A stretch of 64,000 nucleotides of DNA from Octopus vulgaris (taxonomy: Eukaryota), in the NCBI GenBank assembly GCA_951406725.2, contig OX597824.1, positions 59,644,001 through 59,708,000 on the forward strand. Reading direction: 5' to 3'. The position numbers were made by a program, and so were the translations under genes. The notes under the pieces are model-generated. The model was not told the DNA's origin. It ran no database searches and was given only the letters and a program-made list of their open reading frames with translations. Below are positions 31,401 through 44,569 of the stretch, one piece after another. How positions within the stretch are numbered: position 1 is the stretch's first letter; each line of letters begins with the position of its first letter.

Positions 31401-33561
31401 GCTCTACTTACTTTTGTTGGTGGTGGGGGTGGCTCCCTTGTGCTTTTGCACGGGTGTTTCTACAATATTTTTATAAAGTTTCTTTGAGAAACTTCTCCCT
31501 AGCGATCCGACATCGTTAGGGAATATTTGTTTTACGTCACTATATGTTTTTTCGTTCATTTTAATGGTGAGGATGTGTGCTAGTGGTGTGTTGTGTGTAG
31601 GTATTATGAAATCTGTAATGTTTGTACTTGTGTTGTCTTTTATATATGAAACGAGTTTTTCATTTTTTTGTGTTTATGGCTGTAATCGTGTCTGTGTGTG
31701 TTGGTGTGTGTGGCAGTGGCAGTAGTGGTGTCGAAAGTGGTGTTGTTTGTTGTGAGTGCGTGTTGTTGTTATTGTTGATGTTGGGAAGCACTATTTGTTC
31801 GTGCTTCTCCTGTGTGTCATTTTGCTTCTTCCTCCTGTTCTTCTTCGGAGGCACTGTGTGCCATTCACCTTTCTCGGTATCAGTGCTCGCACAATTCGAG
31901 CTGTCCTGATCCGAAAAGGGGGTGGCTGTCGGGTCCGCTTCAGCAGGAGGGCGAAAAATTGTTGGTTCTTCTGGTAGCGGTGGTGTTGCTGTATCTGTTG
32001 GTGATGGTGACGGTGTCGGTGATTCTTCTTCTTCCTTTTTTTGTTGTTGTTTTTCTTGGTGCTGGGGTTGGTTGTTGGTTTGGTGGTTGGAGGTAGTGTC
32101 GTTCGTCGTGGTGGTGGTGATGGTGTTGCTGGTGTGGCAGCCTTTGGTGTTTCTTGCTGTTGTTGTTTCTGTTGTTGTTGTTGTTGTCGTTGTTGTTGCT
32201 GCTGCTGCTGCTGCTGCCTATTGTCGTCTGCCTCCATTCTTTCTTTGTAAATGGGGCAGTCCCTCTTTAGGTGGCTTTCGCTGCTGCAGAGGTAACCTTT
32301 TGGCTTTCGCCCCTCCACAGCAACGTGCAGCCTGGTTCCGTCCGGCAAATTTACCGAGTCAGATATGGCATTAATGTTTTTCTGCTGGATTTGTACCAGC
32401 TGTTGAACTCCCATACCTGACAAGTTTTTTTCCTTCACTCTTCTTATATCTAGAATAGTGGCAGTGTCCTCTGACATAGAGGACAGCCGCCACCAGCCAT
32501 GATATATTTTGTTCGGGGGGTACTATGTCGATTTTTATTTTTTGGACGCTCCGCCCGAGGTATGTTGGAACAAGGAACAAATTTTCATTTTGCAAGGGCG
32601 AAATGCCATGCGCCCTTGCATCCTCCTCTGTTGGGAAGCGAACCTCCACGGTTCCGAAACGCTTCCCTCTGGTGACATAGCTCTTTTTGCTCCATATGGA
32701 CTTCAGAGCTATTTCCAATTGTTGGGGTGTTGCGTTGATTAGTCTTTTGTTTTTCTTGTCGAAAACCTTATAATATATTGTTTTCTTGTTTGTGTCATGT
32801 ATGAGTTGTTGAGGTGTATTGAGGAAAACACTGTTTCCCTCTTTTCTCAACAACTCCTTTGCGCTTTTTATTTGGTCCATCGTAACTTTTACTTCCTCCG
32901 AGTTCTCTTTTGCAGCGGAGGCGAAATTGTTACGATGGCTTGTTGTGTTGTTGCTGGTGGTGGTGTCGGTGTGGCTGCTGGTCATTTTCTTTGCTCCTTT
33001 CTCCGGTACTGGAGTACTGGTGGAGAGAAGAGAAGGAAAATCTTCGTTGACGTCAAAGGTGACGCCATCGTTGTCGCTTTCCTTTGCAACGCTCTTTTTA
33101 CCGTCCTTCTCCAGTACCGGAGCACTGGTGGAGGGAAGAGGAGGGAAATCTTCCATGACGTCAAAACTGACGCCTTCGTTTTCATTTTCATTTGGAACGT
33201 TGCACGCGCCCGCACGTTCCATCGAAACATTTTGTTTGCCTTTAAGACACGAAATGGGCGGTTTGGAGAAATGTTCAAATCAATTTTTTCTTGTGCCGGG
33301 TGTGATGTTCGAAGAAGAGAACAACTGTTCTCTTCGACATTTTTGTCAATATGTATGTGAATGTAATTTTAAAATGTCAATATTTCAAACAAAATTTTAC
33401 CCCCAATGGGGTAAAATTTTGCCTAACCAACTAGCTCCGCAAGAAGTTAGTCGGTTTGGCCACACAAATATCCAAAAATATTTACACTTTTAAACAAATT
33501 TCCAACAGAAATGGTGCAAAACTTACACAGCTTCTTGAGACACGTCCGTCCTCTCGAGAAG
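28488..33561 (-). mobile_element. Tx1-clade LINE with ORF1 and ORF2 (APE endonuclease + RT), moderately decayed with internal deletions
   Basis: ORF1 pieces 33222-31380 with a degenerate zinc knuckle (..CSSESHLKRDC) and poly-Q; ORF2 from 31364 'LNVRGL', 'ISET', 'SYLDR', 'TDH', 'GYWKLN', 'SPGLDGLP', 'KAFDRVDH', 'VRQGCPLS', 'YADD'; flanked by (TAA/TGA)n. Confidence 0.92.
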
Positions 33562-33562
33562 A

Positions 33563-34089
<527 letters not shown>

Positions 34090-34327
34090 CATAGCCATAG
34101 GAATTCTTTGGGGTTTCATCTCTGGATAAATGAGTGTTTCATTCAGCATCCTTAAACAACCCTCATTCAGGGAACTTTTGAGCAGCATATGCTACTCGAT
34201 CTGCAAGGTCATGCGCTGTTTGTCTTGATATGAGATATGGTTGCGATGTACGTGCCTGGTGTATCCTTATCAGACCGGTACTCATGACGAGTATACTGGG
34301 TTTCGACTATTTGTAAGCTAGTGTCAT

Positions 34328-34369
<42 letters not shown>

Positions 34370-34370
<1 letters not shown>

Positions 34371-35455
34371 AGGAAATACAAGATTTAAATCTTCTCTTGA
34401 GTTAAGATACTTAGTCAAAGAGAAAGGATTTGGGACTGTCACGGAAAATTTGAACCAGCGTATCACAGCAGCAGCAGGTAATCTTTCTAGATATCAGAAA
34501 AGAATAGATCAGCATCAACAGAATAGATTATTTGAGACAGACCAGAAGAGATTTTATAACAAAATAAACAGGGGACAAGAAAGTAATGAAGATGAGATAC
34601 CTAACGCAGAAGAAGCTAGAAAGCTCTGGAGTAATATTTGGATAAGCCAATCAATCACAATGGAGATGATGTGTGGTTAAAGAAAGTGAAGGAAGAAGTA
34701 GCGATTGAGAAGCTGCTAGATCTAAGACTAGCTAGTGCATTAATGAGTAAAGTGTTACGAAAAATGCTGAATTGGAAGGGCCCGGGACCAGATTTAGTTC
34801 AAGAGTACTGACTAAAGAAATTTAGCAGTTTACATGGGAGGCTGAAGAAACAACTTCAGGATTGCCTTAATGTAAGAATAATATCAGATTGGATGACTAG
34901 AGGGAGAACAAACTCCTTATGAAAGATAAAAACAAGGGTAATATAGACCAATTATAGACCAATCACTTTCTTACCATTAGTGTGGAAGCTGTTAACAGGA
35001 ATGCTTTAAGAAAGCATTTACAAGCATCTTGACAACCAAAATTTACTGCCAGAAGAACAGAAAGGTTGCAGAAAAAGGCTAGAGGAACGCATGATCTATT
35101 ATACATAGACAAAGAATTACTAAATGACGTAAAAGCTAGAAAGAAAATTCTAGCAATGGCATGGATAGAATACAAAATAGCCTATCACATGAATCCACAC
35201 ACATGGATAAGTGAATGTTTGAGTATAGTCAGTATAGCAGAGAACACAAGAAAATTAACATAGCTTTAGCATGAAGGAATGAAAAGTAGATCTCTACTCA
35301 GGTGACACAGTCGTAGGGAAGTTAATATCAAGAAAGGAATTTTCCAATGAGACTCGTCATCCCCTTTAATATTTGTCTTATGGTTGATCGCCCTCAATTT
35401 AGTATTAAGGAAGGCAAGGGCAGGGTATCAGTTCAGAAGGAGAGAAAAGTGTTAA
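34370..35455 (+). mobile_element. Decayed R4/Dong-type RT fragment (copy H) after (TGA)n
   Basis: 'QQNRLFETDQKRFY', 'NYRPIT', 'MAWIEYKIAY'. Confidence 0.8.
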
Positions 35456-35989
35456 CGACGTCCGGTGGGGAAGGAATATTTATGACGTTGTTAAGAAGTT
35501 AGCTGAAAGGAAAGGTAGATAGAGAGAGATGGATAGAGGAGGCAATTATATTGAAAGGGGGAGAGAGAGCGAGAGAGAGAGAGGCAGATAGCGTTGATGG
35601 TTGTTATTGTTATGGTGGTTGTGGTTGTGGTGGTGGCGTGTTGATATTGAAAAATATTTTTTTTATTGAGCTAATTTTTTTGTAGCGACCATCGCTTAAA
35701 GAATGCTCTTAAGTGCAATTATTTATCGTCTGCTCGCTTAAATAAATTATATTTGCTTATAAGGGCTAATTTAGTCTAAACTCTGAATTCACAAGAAACA
35801 CGGTTTCAAGCTACCCGAGAAAGGATGCGCATTTGTAGAGCATGGAATCAGAGAAGAACAGTGCGAAGATATGATAAAAGAAGCAAAAAGATAACTCCAG
35901 CATGACCTCAGTCTAATGACTGAAACAATTGTGTGTGTGTGTGTGTGTTAAGAGGTTGAATTAAAAATAATGGAGATAAATATTATAAC

Positions 35990-36220
35990 CTGTTGAAAAG
36001 CTCCACTTAAAACTCGAATCGCTGCGAAGACCCATATGTTTGGTGAGAGTGCACTTCCTGACACACATAGAAAGAGCAAAAATGCAGAGCCAACATGAAC
36101 TGGTTTCCGACCTATTTTATCTGCAAGAGCCGTAAATATCAAAGCACCAGCTCCTTGGCCTGCAGTAAATAAAGATTGTGTTAATTCCGCCAAGCCGTCT
36201 TTGTCACAAACCAGGTTCCA
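35990..36220 (-). CDS. SLC22 transporter coding exon 3 (WNLVCDKDGLAELTQS...ADKIGRKPV...RVLSGAFQQ)
   Basis: 'W-N-L-V-C' SLC22 motif and MFS motif A 'D-x-x-G-R-K'; TTCCTTACAG acceptor; 231 nt, phase 0-0; GT donor is weak (GTTATA). Confidence 0.92.
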
Positions 36221-36414
36221 CTGTAAGGAAAACAAAGGAAATGATAGATACGTAATAGTTTTTGATTTTATGCCAAAAATACATGTAATAGAGAAACATA
36301 TTGAAATTTAAAAGATATCTGGATGACCATAAGAACAAGATAAGTCAAAGAGAGCATCAGCAAAATTCTAAATGAAGAAATTTGTAGATTTGGTATTTCT
36401 TACTAAAAGGCAGA

Positions 36415-36530
36415 GGCGTGGCTCTGTTGTAAGATGTTTGCTTCCCGACTACATGTTTCGGGATTCAGTTCCATTACGTGCCATGTTGAGCAAGTGCCTC
36501 CAACTACAGCCTGAGCGCCGACCAAAGCAT
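36415..36530 (+). mobile_element. Truncated SINE family B head
   Basis: 'GGCGTGGCT...GATTCAGTTCC...GCAAGTG...CCGACCAAAGC' matches family B. Confidence 0.6.
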
Positions 36531-36551
36531 TTTATCGAGTATAAGTAGAAT

Positions 36552-36590
<39 letters not shown>

Positions 36591-36600
36591 TTCTATCAAG

Positions 36601-37085
36601 CTTATCTAAAAGGTACCACCATGCTACAGATAGCAGTCAAAACTTGACTCTAAAACCACAAAAAGTATTCATACACCACCAGGAGAAAGGGCAAATAGAC
36701 AAATAAACTAACAAAGAATTATTGGATAATCCCAGATCTAGATTTCTGATCTGCATAAAAATATACTCTGCCTCATCAGTGGGATATACACAGATATTAC
36801 ATAATTACATAGATATATATATAAAACATACGAATACTTACATATACGTATGTCATATATATATATGTGTGTGTGTGTAATTATGTAATATCTGTGTATA
36901 TACCACTGATGAAGCAGTATATATTTATGCAAAGCCAGAAATCTAGATGTGGGATTATACAAGTTTTTTGTTAGTTTATTTGACTATTTGTCTTTTCTTC
37001 TGGTGCTGTATGAATGCTTGATGTGATTTTAGAATCAACCATTGACTGCTATCTCTAGCACGGTGGTAACTTTTAGATACCCTTA
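36601..37085. repeat. Foldback with ~210 bp arms (36601-36810 / 36875-37085), each arm carrying a hammerhead-like motif; probable Penelope pseudo-LTR inversion
   Basis: Arms are diverged reverse complements; both contain CTGATGA...GAAA-TCTAGA. Confidence 0.75.
36730..36785 (-). ncRNA. Type I hammerhead ribozyme-like motif (stem II degenerate)
   Basis: Minus strand: AUCCCA CUGAUGA [stem II] GAAA UCUAGA UC UGGGAU; 6-bp stem I, palindromic stem III, AUC triplet. Confidence 0.6.
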
Positions 37086-37308
37086 ATTATGATTTTAATA
37101 ATAATTATTACCAATAAGGATTTTTTATTACCATACTGGCTACTTGATATGATCGGTATTTTAAATAACGATCTTATCCTTATATGTGTGTGTGCGTGTA
37201 TATATGTATGTATATGCATATATAGAATATATATATATCCATATATATAATATATAATATGTATATATTATTGTGCACTTTGCTCTCCCCCTCTCTCTCC
37301 ATATATAA

Positions 37309-37347
<39 letters not shown>

Positions 37348-37545
37348 CGCACGCACATACGCACTCTCGTATACAAACATGTGTATAAATTTTATTTCAC
37401 TAATATTTTGTTTTCTTAAAGATTATATATTTATATATGTTTGCAGTTTTAATTTGTAGTTTACTAGATGTAATTTGGCTTGTAGGTAAATATGCTAATC
37501 TCTCTTTATATAAACGGCAAAATGTCTGTGTGTGTGTGTGTGTGT

Positions 37546-37626
<81 letters not shown>

Positions 37627-37627
<1 letters not shown>

Positions 37628-38350
37628 TTCGTTTGGGGATTTGGTTTGCAAGATTCTTTGTATGAGTTCGTGTGTTGAAGCATATTCTGTTGTGTCTGGG
37701 GAGCGTCATTCTCTTTTAGTGCCTTATTATTTAACACACTCACCGGTAAAATTTTCACTTATTTCTTATTTTTATTTTCTAAAATTTTCGTTGCGTCTTG
37801 CAATCTTTTCAATAGTCTTGACTCTGTCCTTTTGTTTGTTTGTGCGCATGTGTGTGAGTCAATGGGTCAGTATGTGTGTGTGCATATACATGCATGCATG
37901 TACGTGTGTATGTGTGTGTGTGATTGCATGTGTATGTATGTATATATGTGTGTGTGTGCATATGTATGTATGTGTGTGCATCTGTTGTACGTATCCTGCA
38001 TATCTATGTGCTTGTCTGTCCGTGTTTGTGTATTTTCTATGTGTGTGGTGTGAGCATGCGTTTGTATATGTATGCACTTCTGCCGCCTAGTGTGTGCATG
38101 TCTGTGTGTGTGTGTTATGTAACTATGTACCATGTTTGTATGTATGGATGTGTAGCTTTATATGTGTGGATCCGTGTCTCCATATGTATATGTTCATATA
38201 GTCTATATACCTATCCGTCTGTATATTGATCTGTTTATTTTCATATCTAAATGCTTACATACAGAAATAAAAAATAATAATAATAATAATAATAAAAGCA
38301 TACATACACACTCACACCCACATACATACATACATACATTTATCTACCTG
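37627..38350 (+). repeat. Longer copy of the interspersed repeat seen at 421-1422
   Basis: Shared 'GAAGCATATTCTGTTGTGTCTGGGGAG...GTCATT' and 'CCTATCCGTCTGTATATTGAT' blocks. Confidence 0.8.
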
Positions 38351-38362
38351 ACAGTCCACTAA

Positions 38363-39150
38363 CTATTCTACTCTACCTGTGTAAACTTCTATAACAATCA
38401 ACATAAATTGGAAATGATAAAGTATGTAAATACCTATTAAGTCTGTAACTTGGACGGAATCAACTGAGCCCATGATTATGTCAAAACAATCAGGAGTATT
38501 TTTTCTGGGCCAGCACTTGTTATAAAATAGAATGATAGACTTCCTAGCTTCCAAAATAACTTTAATTTCTCTTAAACTTAGGTTGGAATTTTTCCTTGCA
38601 AACATAAGTGCACTATTTAGCGCAATGGGATTAATTCAAGAATAATAATTATTAATATCTAATTGAATCAATTTACTTCTACTTTTATTATCTAATTTAT
38701 CTAACCAATTAATGGCTTCCTGAGCATTGGACCAGACTCTAATTTTAATATTTCCTTAATTCTTGGAATACATTTGTCTAGAATAATTTTACTTAATCTA
38801 CCCAGGTCAGAACTTCCTGGGCAAATTAATCTTACTTTAGAGTTGGAGAAGAAATTTTCCTTATGATCTTTCAAAGCAATTCTTTTCTGTCGGTTAGATC
38901 AACATTACACATAATACTTTTACCATCTAAGTTGATATTTCTTAATAATTCTTACCGACTACCTTATAGTTGCTAGTGATTTCATTTTCCATTAATTCAT
39001 GATATTTATAAATATTCATAAGACAGAAATTACCAGTTTTGTCTGAAGGCACAATGTTGCTCTTATTTCTTAGTTCACATACAAAAAGCCTTCACTTTTA
39101 ACAGGTGTTCGTTCGCCATAAGGGGATATTTAACAAACTTAGTGTTCTTG
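38363..39150 (-). mobile_element. Penelope-like element reverse transcriptase fragment, decayed
   Basis: 'LKDHKENF...RLICPGSSDLGRLSKIILD', 'IQLDI', 'FDIIMGSVDSVQVTDLIGIYIL' resemble PLE RT motifs. Confidence 0.75.
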
Positions 39151-39151
39151 A

Positions 39152-40281
39152 CAATATGACAGAAGTATATAAACGCTTCATAAAACATCATTTTATGGTT
39201 ATTTCATCTTCAAAATTTTACTAATTGATATTCTTTTGTTTCAGGTTCAATATGTGACCGTTTAATCATGCAACGTACAAAGAAGCCTTGGAACTGTTCG
39301 AATTTCAAAGAGGCCGTATTGTGGGTCAATCTGAAGGTAGACTTAGCATTAAATCGCAGAAAACCTTGGGGTTTTGCTTTCTACAGTTAATAGAGTGATT
39401 GTTCTATTCACCAGGGAGGGGAAGGAATCCACATAACCTCGCCCAGGTGGAGTAGGGCCCTCAGATAAGACACTTCGCTTTGCTAAGAAAAGTGTGGAGG
39501 ATAATCCTGGTTGCATGGCATATGATATAACAGAACAAATTGATGTCAGTCCCAGAACAACTGTTAGATATTTCTATAAATTTGGCTACTATGGTAGAGC
39601 AGCTAAAAAGAAGCCATTTTGCCGACCAGCCAATATCAAGCGGAGAAAAGATTGAGCCAGTGAGATGGTGGAGAGGCCTCTAACATTTTGGGACACTGTC
39701 ATATTCTCTGATGAGTCCAGATTTGCTGTATTTTCTGACAGTGGCTATTCTGTGATTCTTTGGGGAGCAATTTGGAGCAATGGCTGATCAGAGCTGGTGG
39801 AGTATGAGGGAAACATAAACTCAGATAAATATGTACAGAAAGGACTCCTTCCAATCTTCTCTAGAGTTAAATGATTACAAAAGACTATTTGTAGAAGATA
39901 GGGCTCCTTGTCACATGGCTAAAAAGACCCACTATTGGTTTGAAGACAGTGGCATTAAAACGCTTCCATGGCCAAGCCTGTCATGTGATATGAATTGGAT
40001 ACCTCTGGGGCATAATGGAAAAGCACTTCATAAAAAGAACAAGAAAACATCCTCAAAGCGAGATCTTTATGAAACTTGGCAAGATATTCCTCAAGAGAAT
40101 ATTCGTCATCTGATCAGTAGCATGCCTAATAGGGTCCTTGCATTGAAAAATGCAAGGGGCATGTCTACTAAATATTAGATATTCACTTCATAATAATCAA
40201 TAAATAATCAATACGTAATTGAAATTATAAATTCAGATTTAAATAATTTAAACGATTGTCTATTTACTTCTGTCATGACTA
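39152..40281 (+). mobile_element. Tc1-like (DD34E) DNA transposon, decayed
   Basis: Terminal 'ATGACAGAAGTA' / 'TACTTCTGTCAT'; remnants 'FQRGRIVG', 'FSDESRF', 'DRAPCH', 'WPSLSCDMN', 'SMPNRV...ARGMSTKY'. Confidence 0.82.
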
Positions 40282-40294
40282 TATGTGTAATTAT

Positions 40295-40327
<33 letters not shown>

Positions 40328-41029
40328 GGTTTCCTTAGTGTTAGAGCAAGCCCACTTCTACTCAATTATTGGCCAAGCCGAAACAATTCCCCAGACCAGT
40401 GTGTAGTCGCATCAAACCCGGTATCCATAGTAACAAAAAAAACTTCATAAACAAAAGGCCATACTTGGGTTATCCATTCGTGAAAATTCAGTTGTGTTGG
40501 TCTTTGGATATTTCCCATAGAAGAGTTAAGTTCTGTAGAGGAATGAAAGTATCAGCAGTAGGGACCGGAGAATATGACCAACCTCGTATTCAGGTAGTTT
40601 GGGAACCTATTCCAAATGGAGAAAACGACAGGAAACTCCTTCAGTATGACAAAGCTAACGACGAACCCTCTCTGTAATCTAATCTCCTGTTAGAAATACC
40701 AGACTAATCTCCCTCAAATCACACTATACCGTTTTAAAAATATGAAGGGATAACTATAACTATATTCCTATATAACTATATTAACTATTGGATAACTATA
40801 TTCTTAGATAAACTACGTTTGAGTAAAGGTCTGATTGATCATGATGAGAATGATTTAGACAGAAATACTAGATCTGGGTTGTCTGGTCGCTAGACAGCAA
40901 AAACATTTCTCTTTCAATATCGTATATAATTTTAACTGTTGAAAGATATGCCTGAAAGCAGATGTGTTAATGAGACAGAAAGGAAGAGAGGTGTAGGGGA
41001 AATAAGATCTAAAATATTAACATTCTTAC

Positions 41030-41226
41030 CTCTATCACATAAGAGATATCTTTATTTGCTGAGTAGTTGTGTCCATTAATACAGGAGAGCTCATCTGTAA
41101 TATTTTTCAAGCCACGAAATATGTTAATGTGACACTTCTCATAACTGATGTCATCGTATGACGTCACGTTGTATATGGACAGCTGTTCCTCCGAGAGATC
41201 CTTGCATTGATGATCTGGAGTGTAAC
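41030..41226 (-). CDS. SLC22 transporter coding exon 2 (extracellular loop: GYTPDHQCKDL...YEKCHINI...SCINGHNYSANKDISYVIE)
   Basis: Found by manual translation (not in the ORF track). TTTTCTTTTCAG acceptor, 197 nt open in phase 1 to 0, 'P-x-H-x-C' and further loop cysteines, N-glycosylation sequons (NVT, NIT, NYS), GTAAG donor. Confidence 0.88.
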
Positions 41227-41929
41227 CTGAAAAGAAAATGCTATTTCTTAAACTTAAAGTTCCTTTTATTTTATGTCAAAATGTCTGAGATAAGTAGTCT
41301 TATAATTTTCTCAGATTTTTAACCCCATCTTCAAATATGAAACTACTGCGTTTTCATCAGTTTCGTCTCCAATCATCACAAAGTATTCTATTCCTGGGTG
41401 TGTGCAGAATAATATACCGGATCCATACCAGAATATTTAATTTATTTCTCTTTTTAAAAAATATTAATTCTCTTTGTTAACCGCCTTCTCGTAATGTAAA
41501 AATTGAAGTAGCCTCCGTTCAGTTGGACGCTTGGAGATTAATGCTTGTACAAAGAGTACGTTTCAAGGAAGATTAATTAAAGAGTTTGTGCAGGGCATTT
41601 TGCATTGTGAGATGAAGAGCTAAAAAAGAAGAGAAGGTGTTGGAATGAGAATTGTAGAGTATGTGCTGATTGGGATGTGTACTCTATTGGTTAGCAGTTG
41701 TGTTGAATGTGAGCTGTGGGTGTAATAGAGTCTGGTATCGCTTACATAAGGGTATGTATTGTGTTATTTCATTGAGTGATAATTTCATAGTGTTTTGTGT
41801 TATTTTAGATATGATATTGAAAGTGTTATTTGGAGTGCGGTTTGTGTCAAACAGTAAACATGTTTTGACTGCGTGTAATGTTGTCTTCCTTGTAGAATAT
41901 CTTGACCGTCGGACAAAACGCTTTGCTTT

Positions 41930-42290
41930 ATTCCGTTACGACACGTTACGTTCTGATTTTACATATCGTCAAAGTTAACTTTGTCTTTCATTCTTTCGAG
42001 ATCGATAAAATAAAGTACCAGCCAAGTACTGGGGTCGATGTAATAGACTAACTTCTTGCTTACATAGCTGCCGGCCTTGTATCTAGATCAGAAAGTATTA
42101 GGACAGCGAGCAGGCAGAATCATTAGTGCGCTGGATATGAAACATGCTTTGTGGTATTTTTTCAGTCTCTTTACGTTCTGAGTTCAAATCGTTCCGAGGT
42201 CAGCTTTGCGTTTCATGTTTTTTGAGTCGATAAAATAAAGTATCTGTCAATTACCGGGGTCGGTGTAATCTACTTGTCCCACTTACATCA
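41930..42290 (+). mobile_element. Two partial SINE family A copies in + orientation
   Basis: 'TTACGTTCTGAGTTCAAAT...GTCGATAAAATAAAGTA...GGGGTCG'. Confidence 0.7.
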
Positions 42291-42299
42291 AAATATCTC

Positions 42300-42830
42300 G
42301 TTTGAAACTTTGAAAAAATATAACAAAGCTATTACAAGCTAATTTATTTAACAGAGATGTTACCTAGAGATTTGGTGAGAATAAGTTTCTTCAAATTTCA
42401 ATAATCTTTCTTAGGATACTTGAAGAATACAGGTGGCACTTTTCTGCAGATCGACAATACGAACCGATGGAACAATTACCACAGGAACAATTTTTATTCG
42501 TGTGTTCTACAATTTCTTCATGTTTGTGGCTAGGCCCGGATGATTCCCAGTTTTATTTTTCAATTTCTTTGGTATCCACGCTATTATCATATACTATTGC
42601 AAAGTATATTGTCTTACACCATTTGTTTCTTTTGTCCTGTATAGTTGTACCTGGTCTTGTTGCTGCAGTAGTAATGTTAGTATTTATGGAGAAATCTCCA
42701 AAATACTGCATAATACTGGAACTGAAGCATATTTATACCATTTTTTCCATCATTTCAAATTCACACGCTTCGCTAACATTTTAGTAGAGTTCCACTATAT
42801 CAAATTTTGACGAAGAAAAGGAATTAATTA
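42300..42830 (-). mobile_element. Very decayed Penelope-like RT fragment
   Basis: Minus-strand 'KFDIVELY' and weak downstream similarity only. Confidence 0.4.
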
Positions 42831-42859
42831 TACATAAATATATATTCTTCCATTTTTTT

Positions 42860-43384
<525 letters not shown>

Positions 43385-43486
43385 GGAGTAAACACATAAA
43401 TGTGAAACAAGGTGGAAAAAAGAGTACTCAAATACCAGTGGTAGAGTAATATGCTTTATTTTAAGCAGCAGAAAATTCAACAAAAT

Positions 43487-43524
43487 CTGTTACTCTGAGT
43501 TTCTCGTTGCCGTTCATCAGACAG
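43487..43524 (-). ncRNA. Minimal type I hammerhead ribozyme motif within a short (43382-43541) Penelope-pLTR-like insert in (TA)n
   Basis: Minus strand: CUGU CUGAUGA ACG-GCAA-CGA GAAA CUCAGAG UA ACAG; intact core, 4-bp stem I, GNRA-capped stem II whose basal pair is A.A, GUA triplet. Confidence 0.7.
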
Positions 43525-43541
43525 TTTTTGCTAGTTTTTGC

Positions 43542-43605
<64 letters not shown>

Positions 43606-43647
43606 TGTATATATGTATGTATGTACGTCTGTATGTATGTATGTATG

Positions 43648-43684
<37 letters not shown>

Positions 43685-43693
43685 GAGTGGCGC

Positions 43694-44080
43694 AGGAGTG
43701 GCTGTGTGGTAAGTAGCTTGTTTACCAACCACATGGTCCCGGGTTCAGTACCACTGCGTGACACCTTGGGCAAGTGTCTTCTACTATAGCCTTGGGCCGA
43801 CCAAAGCCTTGTGAGTGGATTTGGTAGAGGGAAACTGAAAGAAGCCCGTCGTATATATGTATATATATGCGTTTGTGTGTTTGTGTGTCTGTGTTTGTCC
43901 CCCTAGCATTGCTTGATAACCGATGCTGGTGTGTTTATGTCTCCGTTACTTAGCGGTGCGCAAAAGAGACCGATAGAATAAGTACTGGGCTTACAAAAGA
44001 ATAAGTCCCGGGGTCGAGTTGCTCGATTAAAGGCGGTGCCCCAGCATGGCTGCAGTCAGATGACTGAAACAAGTAAGAGA
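43694..44080 (+). mobile_element. SINE family B, full length
   Basis: tRNA-like head (TGGCTGTGTGG; GGTTCAGTACC), central 'GGGCAAGTGTCTTCT', internal microsatellite, 3' 'GATGACTGAAACAAG'. Confidence 0.85.
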
Positions 44081-44082
44081 GT

Positions 44083-44132
<50 letters not shown>

Positions 44133-44569
44133 ATGATGTACTCAGAAATCTGGATGGTTTATATGTGCAGATATTTATTAGTATGTTACATGTTTTTATA
44201 AATCATATCTCATATTAGCGCTTTCGTCCACTCTAGTGGAGTTGTCAAATTGAACTTTTGCAGGAATTTTGTCTCTTTTTATAGTATTATTGATTGTGTA
44301 GGGGTGGAGAGAGATATAAGATAGTACAAGAGGGTGAGGAATGGGAAGAAAGTGAGAGGGACCGCGCGTGTGTGTGTGTTTTGTATCTGAATGAAGTGTT
44401 AAAGAAAAAGAGAAGGAAAGGAAGAAGATGGAGAGAAAGAAGAAAAAATTTGTTGATATCTTTGCAGCTGGTCAGTCTTTCAATAGTAAATGATTCTGGG
44501 CTTGTAGAAATGGCAAACCCAGCTGATCTCTCCAAGGGGGGAAAATTGTCACTTTTCAAAAAATTGTCT

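Noticed and set aside
41885-41925. Possible hammerhead relic
   Set aside because: Both core segments are mutated; indistinguishable from chance.
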